Below, in pieces: positions 1 to 6,694 of a DNA stretch of 11,140 bases. Origin of the DNA: Promethearchaeota archaeon. Lineage in GTDB: Archaea; Asgardarchaeota; Lokiarchaeia; Sigyniarchaeales; SOKP01. The first letter of the stretch is position 1, and each line of letters begins with the position of its first letter. Both the position numbers and the translations under genes were made by a program. Below the pieces are notes generated by a model. It did no database searches, was not told where the DNA came from, and saw nothing but the letters and a program-made list of their open reading frames with translations. The DNA is taken from positions 1 through 11,140 of the forward strand of contig JABCSY010000121.1 of the NCBI GenBank assembly GCA_018238625.1. The letters run 5' to 3'.

Positions 1-1
1 C

Positions 2-133
2 CACGCGCCTCTCTATCATACGAAGGTAATATCCGTTCACGCTGCAAACATCTATGGTGTACCTTACAATGCAATGGGCGCTTTGCGAATCTATCCAATG
101 TACCGAAGTCTTTATCCTCCATTTGGTGGATAA
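2..133 (+). CDS. 3' end of a gene entering from the left edge; probable ABC transporter substrate-binding protein (peptide/nickel family 5-like) C-terminus
   Basis: Not in the ORF track. Frame 2 is open from the edge: HAPLYHTKVISVHAANIYGVPYNAMGALRIYPMYRSLYPPFGG then TAA at 131-133. The 'PLYH...VH...GVPYN' pattern resembles family-5 solute-binding protein C-termini, recognised from memory on only 43 aa. A hairpin and T-tract follow at 253-281. Confidence 0.5.
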   Translation, partial: HAPLYHTKVISVHAANIYGVPYNAMGALRIYPMYRSLYPPFGG

Positions 134-252
134 ACGAGCATAAAGTAAAGATAATAAAAAAATTGGGTATAACACCTTTTAGGTGACCATTAAAATTAAG
201 TTTTTACTCATAGCCGCTTAGAACGGTTTGAACGAAATTACGATCGTTTTCG

Positions 253-281
253 AGGGTTCTGTACCCTTTTTTTTTCTTTTT
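253..281 (+). terminator. Hairpin plus oligo-T terminator-like element
   Basis: AGGGT(253-257)-TCTGT-ACCCT(263-267) stem running into a T9 tract (267-275) and then CTTTTT, downstream of the partial CDS ending at 133. Confidence 0.55.
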
Positions 282-584
282 ACTACTTTTTATTAAATAT
301 TTATACAAAAGACGCCCCACGAGATTTGTAAATGGGATATGCCCATTCTCCTAAAGGAATGTGTGAAAAGCGTATAATTTATGCCCGTATTCCTTATCTC
401 TCTGTTTTTTCCCTGCCCTGTTTCTTTTCACTTGTGAATAAATAGCTCGTAAAGTTCTAAATGTAAAAAGGTATTTTCTACTGAAGCTTTTTTATCATCA
501 TTGGATAATTAATTTTTTCACCTAAAAAATCTCTTAGTTTCTTCAAGGTATTTGCCAATTTAAGCACAATAAGATCGTTAATTT

Positions 585-605
585 TATATCTCTTATTGAG
601 ATATA
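585..605. promoter_or_regulatory. Perfect palindrome (putative operator) upstream of the AOR gene
   Basis: TATATCTC(585-592)-TTATT-GAGATATA(598-605), an 8-bp inverted repeat with a 5-nt spacer. It overlaps a TTTTATAT TATA-like box (582-589) and ends 65 nt before the ATG at 671. Confidence 0.5.
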
Positions 606-670
606 GGCGTATTTAATTTGATTCGAAAATATATGATATATAAATAAAAGCGTAAAAGGTAAAAATTAAA

Positions 671-2413
671 ATGAGCGTACAAGAACATTTTATGAAAATT
701 GTAAGAATCGATGTTAATTCAAATAAGATTATTTACGAAGAAATAACTAGGGGATCAAAATATCTTCTTTTAGGAGGGCGTGGGTTGACATCTCAGATCG
801 TTCACGACGAGGTTCCACCCAATTGCGACCCTCTTGGACCAGAAAACAAGCTTATATTAGCAAATGGTACGTTAGCTGGAAGCCCATTCCCAAACTCTGC
901 TCGTACTTCAGCAGGAAGTAAAAGTCCTTTAACCAATGGTATTAAAGAAGCAAATGTCGGAGGTAGAGGTGCCATGATGCTCGTTAGACATGGAATAAGG
1001 GCTTTAGTGTTGCAAAATAATTCTCCAGAACTGAAAGTTATATTAATTTCCGACGATGGAATTGAATTACTTCAAGGCAACGAATACAAAGGATTAGGAA
1101 ATTACGAGCTTCATCGAAAATTAAGAGAAAAGTTCGGAGAAAAGGTAGGCATTTACTCTATTGGACCAGCAGGGGAATTTACGATGAAAGCTGCTACTAT
1201 TGCTGCTAACGATTTAGAGGGATATCCTAGCAGGCACGCCGCAAGGGGTGGTCTAGGTGCTGTAATGGGTGCTAAAGGAATTAAAGCTATAGTAATTAAA
1301 CCAACAAAAGATTCAAAAGTTAAAATTCACGATCTTAAGAAATTTAGAGAGACTTCGACTCCATTTGCAAAAAGTTTAGCAAAAACTAAAGAAGTGTTTT
1401 CCACCTTTGGAACGCCTTTAATGATGAGAGCAATGAACGAATATAGAGGAATTCCTACGAAAAACTTTCGCATGGGTTCTTTTGATAAAATTGCAAATAT
1501 TACAGGAGAAAAACTCCACGAGCTTATAATGGCTCGAGGGGGGAAAAATCGATTGGCGTGTTCACCTAACTGCGTTATTAAATGCTCAAATTTAATCGTG
1601 GATAAAGACGGCAAACACTTAACTTCGAGTCTTGAATACGAGACAATGGCTCTAAATGGCTCTAATTTAATGATTGACGATCTAGATAGCCTAGCTAAAA
1701 TTGATCGTTTATGCGACGATAATGGTATTGACACGATAGAATTTGGTGGTACTGTAGGTGTTGCTATGGATTGTGGAAAAATTGAATGGGGCAACGCTCA
1801 AAAAGTTTTTGAAATCTTGGATAAGGAAATAAGGAATAATTCGGAATTAGGGAAGTTATATGGGAATGGCGTTAAAAATATTGGTGAGATATTAAACGCG
1901 AAAAGAATTCCTCAAGTAAAAGGGCAAGGAATTTCTGGTTATGACCCAAGAGTGTTTAAAGGAATGGGGATAACTTTCGCAACCTCACCACAAGGCGCCG
2001 ATCATACTGCTGGCGCAGCAATAGCGGGTAGAACTGCAAACCAAACTAAAGATTACGGCGAATTAACAGAAAATAAAGGTAAATTTGACTTGTCGTATGA
2101 ATTGCAAATTTATACAATCGTTATGGATTCAGTAGGATGTTGCTATTTTATTGGTCCTAGTTACGAAAATATGGAACTTATTTCTCTTGCGATTAATGCT
2201 ATGTATGATCTTAATTTAACTAGAGATGACGTAATCGAAATTGGGAAAAATATAATCAAGATAGAGATCGAGTTTAACGAAAAAGCAGGCATCGCACAAA
2301 ATACTAATGATGTGCCCGAATTTTTCAGGGAAGAGCCATCAGAGCCTACTGGTTTAAAATATACTTTTTCTAAAGAAGATTTGAAATCGTTCTGGGATAA
2401 ATTGAGCGAATAA
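671..2413 (+). CDS. aor: Aldehyde:ferredoxin oxidoreductase family protein (W/Mo-bis-pterin, [4Fe-4S])
   Basis: AFOR_N motifs LGGRGL, DPLGPENKLI, KSPLTNGIKEANVGG, IGPAGE, ARGGLGAVMGAKGIKAI. AFOR_C motifs CSPNCVIKC, EYET, DDNGIDT (DxxGxD), GYDPR, GADH, DSVGCC. 580 aa. Confidence 0.93.
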   Translation: MSVQEHFMKIVRIDVNSNKIIYEEITRGSKYLLLGGRGLTSQIVHDEVPPNCDPLGPENKLILANGTLAGSPFPNSARTSAGSKSPLTNGIKEANVGGRGAMMLVRHGIRALVLQNNSPELKVILISDDGIELLQGNEYKGLGNYELHRKLREKFGEKVGIYSIGPAGEFTMKAATIAANDLEGYPSRHAARGGLGAVMGAKGIKAIVIKPTKDSKVKIHDLKKFRETSTPFAKSLAKTKEVFSTFGTPLMMRAMNEYRGIPTKNFRMGSFDKIANITGEKLHELIMARGGKNRLACSPNCVIKCSNLIVDKDGKHLTSSLEYETMALNGSNLMIDDLDSLAKIDRLCDDNGIDTIEFGGTVGVAMDCGKIEWGNAQKVFEILDKEIRNNSELGKLYGNGVKNIGEILNAKRIPQVKGQGISGYDPRVFKGMGITFATSPQGADHTAGAAIAGRTANQTKDYGELTENKGKFDLSYELQIYTIVMDSVGCCYFIGPSYENMELISLAINAMYDLNLTRDDVIEIGKNIIKIEIEFNEKAGIAQNTNDVPEFFREEPSEPTGLKYTFSKEDLKSFWDKLSE

Positions 2414-2421
2414 TTCTATTT

Positions 2422-3000
2422 TTAGATGTAGTTAAGAAAACCCTTTTTTTTCATACTTAATTCTGCTACGACTATTAACAGTATTCCTACTAAAGCGAGG
2501 AATAATGGTACCAAAATAACAGCGAGTAACTGATAAAACAACATCGAGTAAGCAAATATCTTCAAAATAAAATAGGCAAACCATAAAAATAATTTTATAA
2601 TACAATACCCAAAACCACTGAAAATGAAAATTAATCTATGCTTCTTATAGAGCGATAACGAGAAGTGCCAACAGCTAATAAGTAAGAGGTTAGAACTAAC
2701 AACTAAAACGAATACAATCATCAAAGATGAATTAAAAAAAACAGATGTTATGATGAGGGTTATAATTATTGTTAGCAATATTAATAAGATTTTCAACGAA
2801 TGTTTAACAATAAAATCTTGCTCTAATTTTAAGAAAATACTCAGTATAAACAGAGGAATACAAATTATAATAAAGATTAGATACAAAAGGGGGTTGTTAA
2901 GAATAAAATAATCAAAAGATATTGATATAATAATAACTAATAAAAGTGTGAAACTACCTTTTAGTCTGCGGGTTCCTTCTTTTTTCCCTTGAATACTCAT
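2422..3000 (-). CDS. Hypothetical integral membrane protein (about 6 TM helices)
   Basis: 192-aa ORF with ATG start, about six long hydrophobic segments separated by short Lys-rich loops, and basic termini. It fills the gap between AOR and the FAD oxidoreductase. No family recognised. Confidence 0.75.
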   Translation of the reverse strand: MSIQGKKEGTRRLKGSFTLLLVIIISISFDYFILNNPLLYLIFIIICIPLFILSIFLKLEQDFIVKHSLKILLILLTIIITLIITSVFFNSSLMIVFVLVVSSNLLLISCWHFSLSLYKKHRLIFIFSGFGYCIIKLFLWFAYFILKIFAYSMLFYQLLAVILVPLFLALVGILLIVVAELSMKKKGFLNYI

Positions 3001-3171
3001 ATTTTAATTATAATATAAAATTTCCAATTAACATTCTTAAATTTAATTTAAACACTAAGAAATTATAAACTTAAATAGAAAAAAAAGTATTTTAAATCAA
3101 TGCTATAATATTTGAATTCTTATTCAAATATATCAAAAAGAATTAATAATTACAGCAACGAGCTATAAATC

Positions 3172-4542
3172 TTGAATGAAAAAAACATTTTAAAAGAATT
3201 GGAAGATATTGTTGGGAAAGATTATGCTTCGAATAGTTCGGGAGATTTATATATTTACTCCCAAGATCCGGGGGCATCAATTCCCCGTCCTGCTGACTTT
3301 GTAGTAATGCCAAATACACCTGAGGAAGTCCAAGACATAATGAAACTAGCAAATCGAGAAAATATTCCAATAGTTCCGATGGGTGGTGGTTTAACGTTAA
3401 GTGGGCTTGTAATTCCCGTTAAAGGAGGCATGGTTATGGATATGAAACGCATGAATAAGATAATTGAGGTTAATGATTTAAGTCGGTTTGCCCTTGTAGA
3501 AGCGGGAGTAACTTCGGGGCAACTTTTAGCGTATTTAAATGAAAATCATCCAAAGCTACAACCACCAATTCCTGATGCGCCTCCTTCAGTTACAATTGCT
3601 GGAAACGCGTTAATTCATGGTTCTGGTTATCTATCCCAAAAGTTTGGAGACCATGGTGCTATGATTAATGGATTAGAAGTTGTACTCCCTGATGGAGAAT
3701 TATATAAATTAGGCTCTTGTGCAGTTTCAGATTATTGGTTTACGAGAGGCCCCATTCCGGATTTTATAGGTTTATTTACTAGCTCATTTGGTACCTTAGG
3801 TATTGTTACAAAACTCTCTATCAAACTATTCCCCAAGCCAAAAATGAGAGATATAATATTTGGCTTATGTAAAGATCCAAGCGTACTCCCAGAATTAATT
3901 TCAAACATAACGTTTACGGATGTAGCTGAGGATATATTATTAGGAATTCAAGATAAACCCGATTGGATGAAAGGCTACACATTTATTATAGTTTATATCA
4001 CGGGTGAGTCTGAAGAGGAATTAAATAATAAAACTAAAATCCTTAAAAAAATGTATCGCAAAGGAAAATCAAGATATATGAAAGTTCCAGAAAGAATTGC
4101 AGACATATTTCTAGAAAAACCACAATTTGCTGCAAAAGCGGCAGACTTTAGGAAGGGAGGAGGCTTTGAATATGTAGGCGCTTTCATACCTCTCCAATTA
4201 ATCCCTGAGATAATTCAAATTGGCACAGATATCTCTTTAAAACACGGGATTGTTCCTACCCTGGGCGCTAGACTTATAGGACAAGGTCACGCTGCGATGT
4301 TTTTTATATCCTATTCTTTTAATCGGGCAGATCCAGAAGATATGAAAAACGCGCGAGAAGCATTACACGATACAAATGAAGCTGTGCTCAAAATTGGAGG
4401 GATTCCATGGAAAGCCGAAATAGTTGGTCAGAAATTAATTCTCGAAAAGATGGACCCCAATTACAAGAAACTTCTGAAAAACATTAAAAATTTATTAGAC
4501 CCAAATGGGATTATGAATCCCGGAAATTGGGAGGTTAAATAA
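3172..4542 (+). CDS. FAD-binding oxidoreductase (PCMH-type FAD_binding_4 + FAD-oxidase_C; GlcD/D-lactate dehydrogenase superfamily)
   Basis: TTG start. Motifs ADFVVMPNTPEEVQ, PIVPMGGGLTLSG, DMKRMNKIIEVN, VEAGVT, TIAGN, GLEVVLPDG, SSFGTLGIVTK and the C-terminal IKNLLDPNGIMNPG. Confidence 0.9.
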   Translation: MNEKNILKELEDIVGKDYASNSSGDLYIYSQDPGASIPRPADFVVMPNTPEEVQDIMKLANRENIPIVPMGGGLTLSGLVIPVKGGMVMDMKRMNKIIEVNDLSRFALVEAGVTSGQLLAYLNENHPKLQPPIPDAPPSVTIAGNALIHGSGYLSQKFGDHGAMINGLEVVLPDGELYKLGSCAVSDYWFTRGPIPDFIGLFTSSFGTLGIVTKLSIKLFPKPKMRDIIFGLCKDPSVLPELISNITFTDVAEDILLGIQDKPDWMKGYTFIIVYITGESEEELNNKTKILKKMYRKGKSRYMKVPERIADIFLEKPQFAAKAADFRKGGGFEYVGAFIPLQLIPEIIQIGTDISLKHGIVPTLGARLIGQGHAAMFFISYSFNRADPEDMKNAREALHDTNEAVLKIGGIPWKAEIVGQKLILEKMDPNYKKLLKNIKNLLDPNGIMNPGNWEVK

Positions 4543-5730
4543 ATGACTTTAAAAACTGAACAAGATTGGAAAGATATAGTTCATAGATGCTTCAGATGTG
4601 GTTATTGTAAATTTACATATGATTATTCTGATTTTAATTGTCCTAGCTATAAAAAGTTCCGATTTGAGACCTATTCCACTGGCGGAAGGTTGTGGTTAAT
4701 TTACGGATTGATAACGGGTGAAATCTCGTGGAGTCAAGATGCAGCTAATGTACTTTATGCGTGTTCTACTTGCGGAAATTGTGTTGAGAATTGTAGGTTT
4801 GACAAGTTTAACGATCTACTGGTAGACATTATAGAAGCCGCTCGAGCAGAAGCCGTAGAAAAGGGCTTTTGCCCAGAGAAGCAAAAGGCTTTAATTGAAC
4901 GCATTGAGAATCCTGAGATGTACAACCCATATGGGGAACAAAACTCGGATAACGAGGATTTGAAGAAAGAATACGACTTACCCGATAATGCAGAATGGGT
5001 TTATTTTATCGGGTGTACATCTAATTATCGCCAAAGAAATCTAAGAGACGCTACCTTGAGATTTCTGAAGAAGGCTAATATTGATTTTACTTTGATTGAC
5101 GAACATTGCTGCTGTAGCCCAGTAATGCGAACTGGTCAAATTAATTCTGTTAAAGACTTCATTGGATATAATATTTCTCAAATAAATAATGTGGGAGCGT
5201 CAAAAGTCATTACATCGTGTGCGGGCTGTTATCGTACGTTAAAAAAGGATTGGTTAAAATATGGTGGTGACTACAATTTTCAGATATTCCACACAGTAGA
5301 ATTAGTTAAAGAGCTATTAGACGAAGGAAAATTAAAATTTAAATCAGAATATAACAAAACAGTAACTTATCACGACCCCTGCCACCTTGGAAGACACATG
5401 AATGTCTACGAAGTTCCAAGAGAAGTGTACAAACAAATTCCCGGAATCAAACTTGTAGAAATGAAAAGAAACCGTGAAAACGCTTGGTGTTGTGGCGCTG
5501 GAGGTGGCGTGAAAATAGGTTATCCAGAATGGTCAGTTGAGGTTTCAAAGGAAAGGCTTGAGGAGGCAAATAAAACGGGAGCATCCGTTATATCGTCGGT
5601 ATGTCCCTTTTGTAGAACGAATTTAAGCGACGCAAACGATAAATTTGATATGAATTTTGAAGTTATCGACTTGATTGAGATAATAGATAAATTAGACTTC
5701 GAAATAACTGATACAAAACATTCCATCTGA
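4543..5730 (+). CDS. (Fe-S)-binding protein with 2x[4Fe-4S] ferredoxin domain and two CCG domains (GlcF/HdrD-like), partner of the upstream FAD enzyme
   Basis: N-terminal CFRCGYC...CP and CSTCGNCVENC. CCG domain 1: FIGC...HCCCSP...SCAGC. CCG domain 2: YHDPCHLGR...CCGAGGG...CPFC. The ATG directly abuts the upstream stop (TAAATG at 4540-4545). Confidence 0.9.
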   Translation: MTLKTEQDWKDIVHRCFRCGYCKFTYDYSDFNCPSYKKFRFETYSTGGRLWLIYGLITGEISWSQDAANVLYACSTCGNCVENCRFDKFNDLLVDIIEAARAEAVEKGFCPEKQKALIERIENPEMYNPYGEQNSDNEDLKKEYDLPDNAEWVYFIGCTSNYRQRNLRDATLRFLKKANIDFTLIDEHCCCSPVMRTGQINSVKDFIGYNISQINNVGASKVITSCAGCYRTLKKDWLKYGGDYNFQIFHTVELVKELLDEGKLKFKSEYNKTVTYHDPCHLGRHMNVYEVPREVYKQIPGIKLVEMKRNRENAWCCGAGGGVKIGYPEWSVEVSKERLEEANKTGASVISSVCPFCRTNLSDANDKFDMNFEVIDLIEIIDKLDFEITDTKHSI

Positions 5731-5795
5731 CTACCGAAAATAAGAAAACAACATAAGTATAAATTCAAAAGACAGATTCTAAATTTGCAAAGAAT

Positions 5796-6188
5796 TTACC
5801 AACAAAGCAAGCGAAAAAGTACACCACATACTGCTAATACTATCATATAAATCGAAATATAAATTATACTTCTTTTCTCTCTACTGATTTTTGCAGGTAC
5901 TGATTCCAGAGGAAGATGGTTTCTAACTTTAATTTGAATCATTCTTATTCTTTTAAATCTTAAATATTCATCAGCTATGAGTATTAATCCAATACTAAGC
6001 ACTATACTAGAAAGAAAAAAACCATAATATAGATCAAGACTTTTAGCTCGAAATAAAATGTCACAATATAGTTGCATAAACCCTCTACAAAACAAAACTG
6101 TTAGATAAACAAAAAGACCTATTCCCACTAAAATAAATCCTATTATAAATTCAATAAGATATATATTTCTATTACTAAAATTTTCCAT
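5796..6188 (-). CDS. Hypothetical small membrane protein (3 predicted TM), paralog of 6205..6483
   Basis: 130 aa with ATG preceded by GAGGAAAGG. Hydrophobic helices flank a loop CRGFMQLYCDILFRAKSLDLYYG, and there is a third hydrophobic segment at the C-terminus. Confidence 0.7.
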   Translation of the reverse strand: MENFSNRNIYLIEFIIGFILVGIGLFVYLTVLFCRGFMQLYCDILFRAKSLDLYYGFFLSSIVLSIGLILIADEYLRFKRIRMIQIKVRNHLPLESVPAKISREKRSIIYISIYMIVLAVCGVLFRLLCW

Positions 6189-6450
6189 CCTTTCCTCGCT
6201 TCTTTTAAATTATTATCATTCTTTTTAATCTTAAATATCGATTAATTATTAGTGTAAGTCCAATACTAAGCGCTATAATAGAAAAAGCTAAACCATAATA
6301 TAGATCAAGACTTTTAGCTCGAAATAAAATGTCACAATATAGTTGCATAAAGCTTGTACAAAAGAAAACTGTTAGTAAAATAAAAATACTTATTCCCGCT
6401 AAAATAAACCCTATTATAAATTCAATAATATATATACTTCTATTTTCCAT
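5941..6450. repeat. Tandem direct duplication, ~271-bp period
   Basis: 5941-6173 aligns without gaps to 6212-6444, with about 31 mismatches in 233 nt (about 87%, manual count). It includes a perfectly identical 62-mer at 6019-6080 and 6290-6351, and a 9-nt indel near the start codons. Confidence 0.95.
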
Positions 6451-6480
6451 CTTTTCTCTGTTTCTTTTTTTTGCTATCAT
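6205..6480 (-). CDS. Hypothetical small membrane protein (2 predicted TM), paralog of 5796..6188
   Basis: The track starts at TTG 6483, but ATGs at 6480 and 6450 are more likely; 6450 (MENRS) aligns with the paralog's MENFSNRN. Loop is CTSFMQLYCDILFRAKSLDLYYG. Confidence 0.68.
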   Translation of the reverse strand: MIAKKRNREKMENRSIYIIEFIIGFILAGISIFILLTVFFCTSFMQLYCDILFRAKSLDLYYGLAFSIIALSIGLTLIINRYLRLKRMIII

Positions 6481-6572
6481 CAATTTATTTCAATTTACAA
6501 TTTAGTTTATTAACATTTAAAGATATTGTAAATCCATATTATTGTCGATTTGGGTTAGTGGGATATAACAAA

Positions 6573-6588
6573 AAGCCTTAAAAGGCTT
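6573..6588. promoter_or_regulatory. Perfect palindrome in the divergent intergenic region (putative TF site)
   Basis: AAGCCTT(6573-6579)-AA-AAGGCTT(6582-6588), a GC-containing inverted repeat in an otherwise very AT-rich spacer between the duplicated genes and nfo. Confidence 0.4.
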
Positions 6589-6694
6589 GGAAAACTCAAA
6601 GTTTAAAGAGTTAATAAAAAAGTTTATGATAAAAAAAATTATAAATAATTCAGATTATTTGCTATGTTTATAAGTAAATGATTAATTTGTAGGT

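Noticed and set aside
1-186. Alternative open frames at the left edge (plus frame 1 to TGA 184-186; minus-strand MEDKDFGTLD... running off the edge)
   Set aside because: Plus frame 2 gives a more protein-like sequence resembling solute-binding protein C-termini and is followed by a terminator. The alternatives cannot be fully excluded without upstream sequence.
293-508. Minus-strand frame LSNDDKKASVENTFLHLELYELFIHK*KETGQGK... with a single in-frame TGA (430-428) behind an AGGTGA motif; considered as a selenoprotein or pseudogene
   Set aside because: No valid start codon (begins TTA after a TAA), no redox-motif context around the TGA and no recognisable homology. Cannot be supported without tBLASTn.
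300-670. Moco/Wco riboswitch or tRNA upstream of aor
   Set aside because: I could not identify a cloverleaf, a T-loop GTTC-RA motif or the conserved Moco-RNA architecture by eye. A covariance-model search would be needed.
1327-1794. 155-aa minus-strand ORF
   Set aside because: Entirely antisense to the well-conserved AOR gene with no recognisable motifs; a shadow ORF.
3001-3171. Specific promoter calls in the divergent spacer before the FAD oxidoreductase
   Set aside because: Extremely AT-rich with many TATA-like hexamers; none can be singled out.
3143-4187. Three short minus-strand ORFs (3143-3370, 3255-3452, 3993-4187)
   Set aside because: Antisense to the FAD oxidoreductase and without motifs.
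5520-5768. 82-aa minus-strand ORF
   Set aside because: Mostly antisense to the CCG domain of the Fe-S protein, with the Ser-rich composition typical of shadow frames.
5728-5850. TGA stop of the CCG protein as a selenocysteine/read-through codon
   Set aside because: The TGA lies after the complete second CCG domain and not at a Cys-equivalent position. The read-through peptide is featureless and overlaps the convergent gene. No SECIS was identified.
5941-6450. Duplication as a diversity-generating retroelement TR/VR pair or a CRISPR-like repeat
   Set aside because: Mismatches are not adenine-specific on either strand (several are C/G), there is no reverse transcriptase in the window, there are only two copies, and both are coding.
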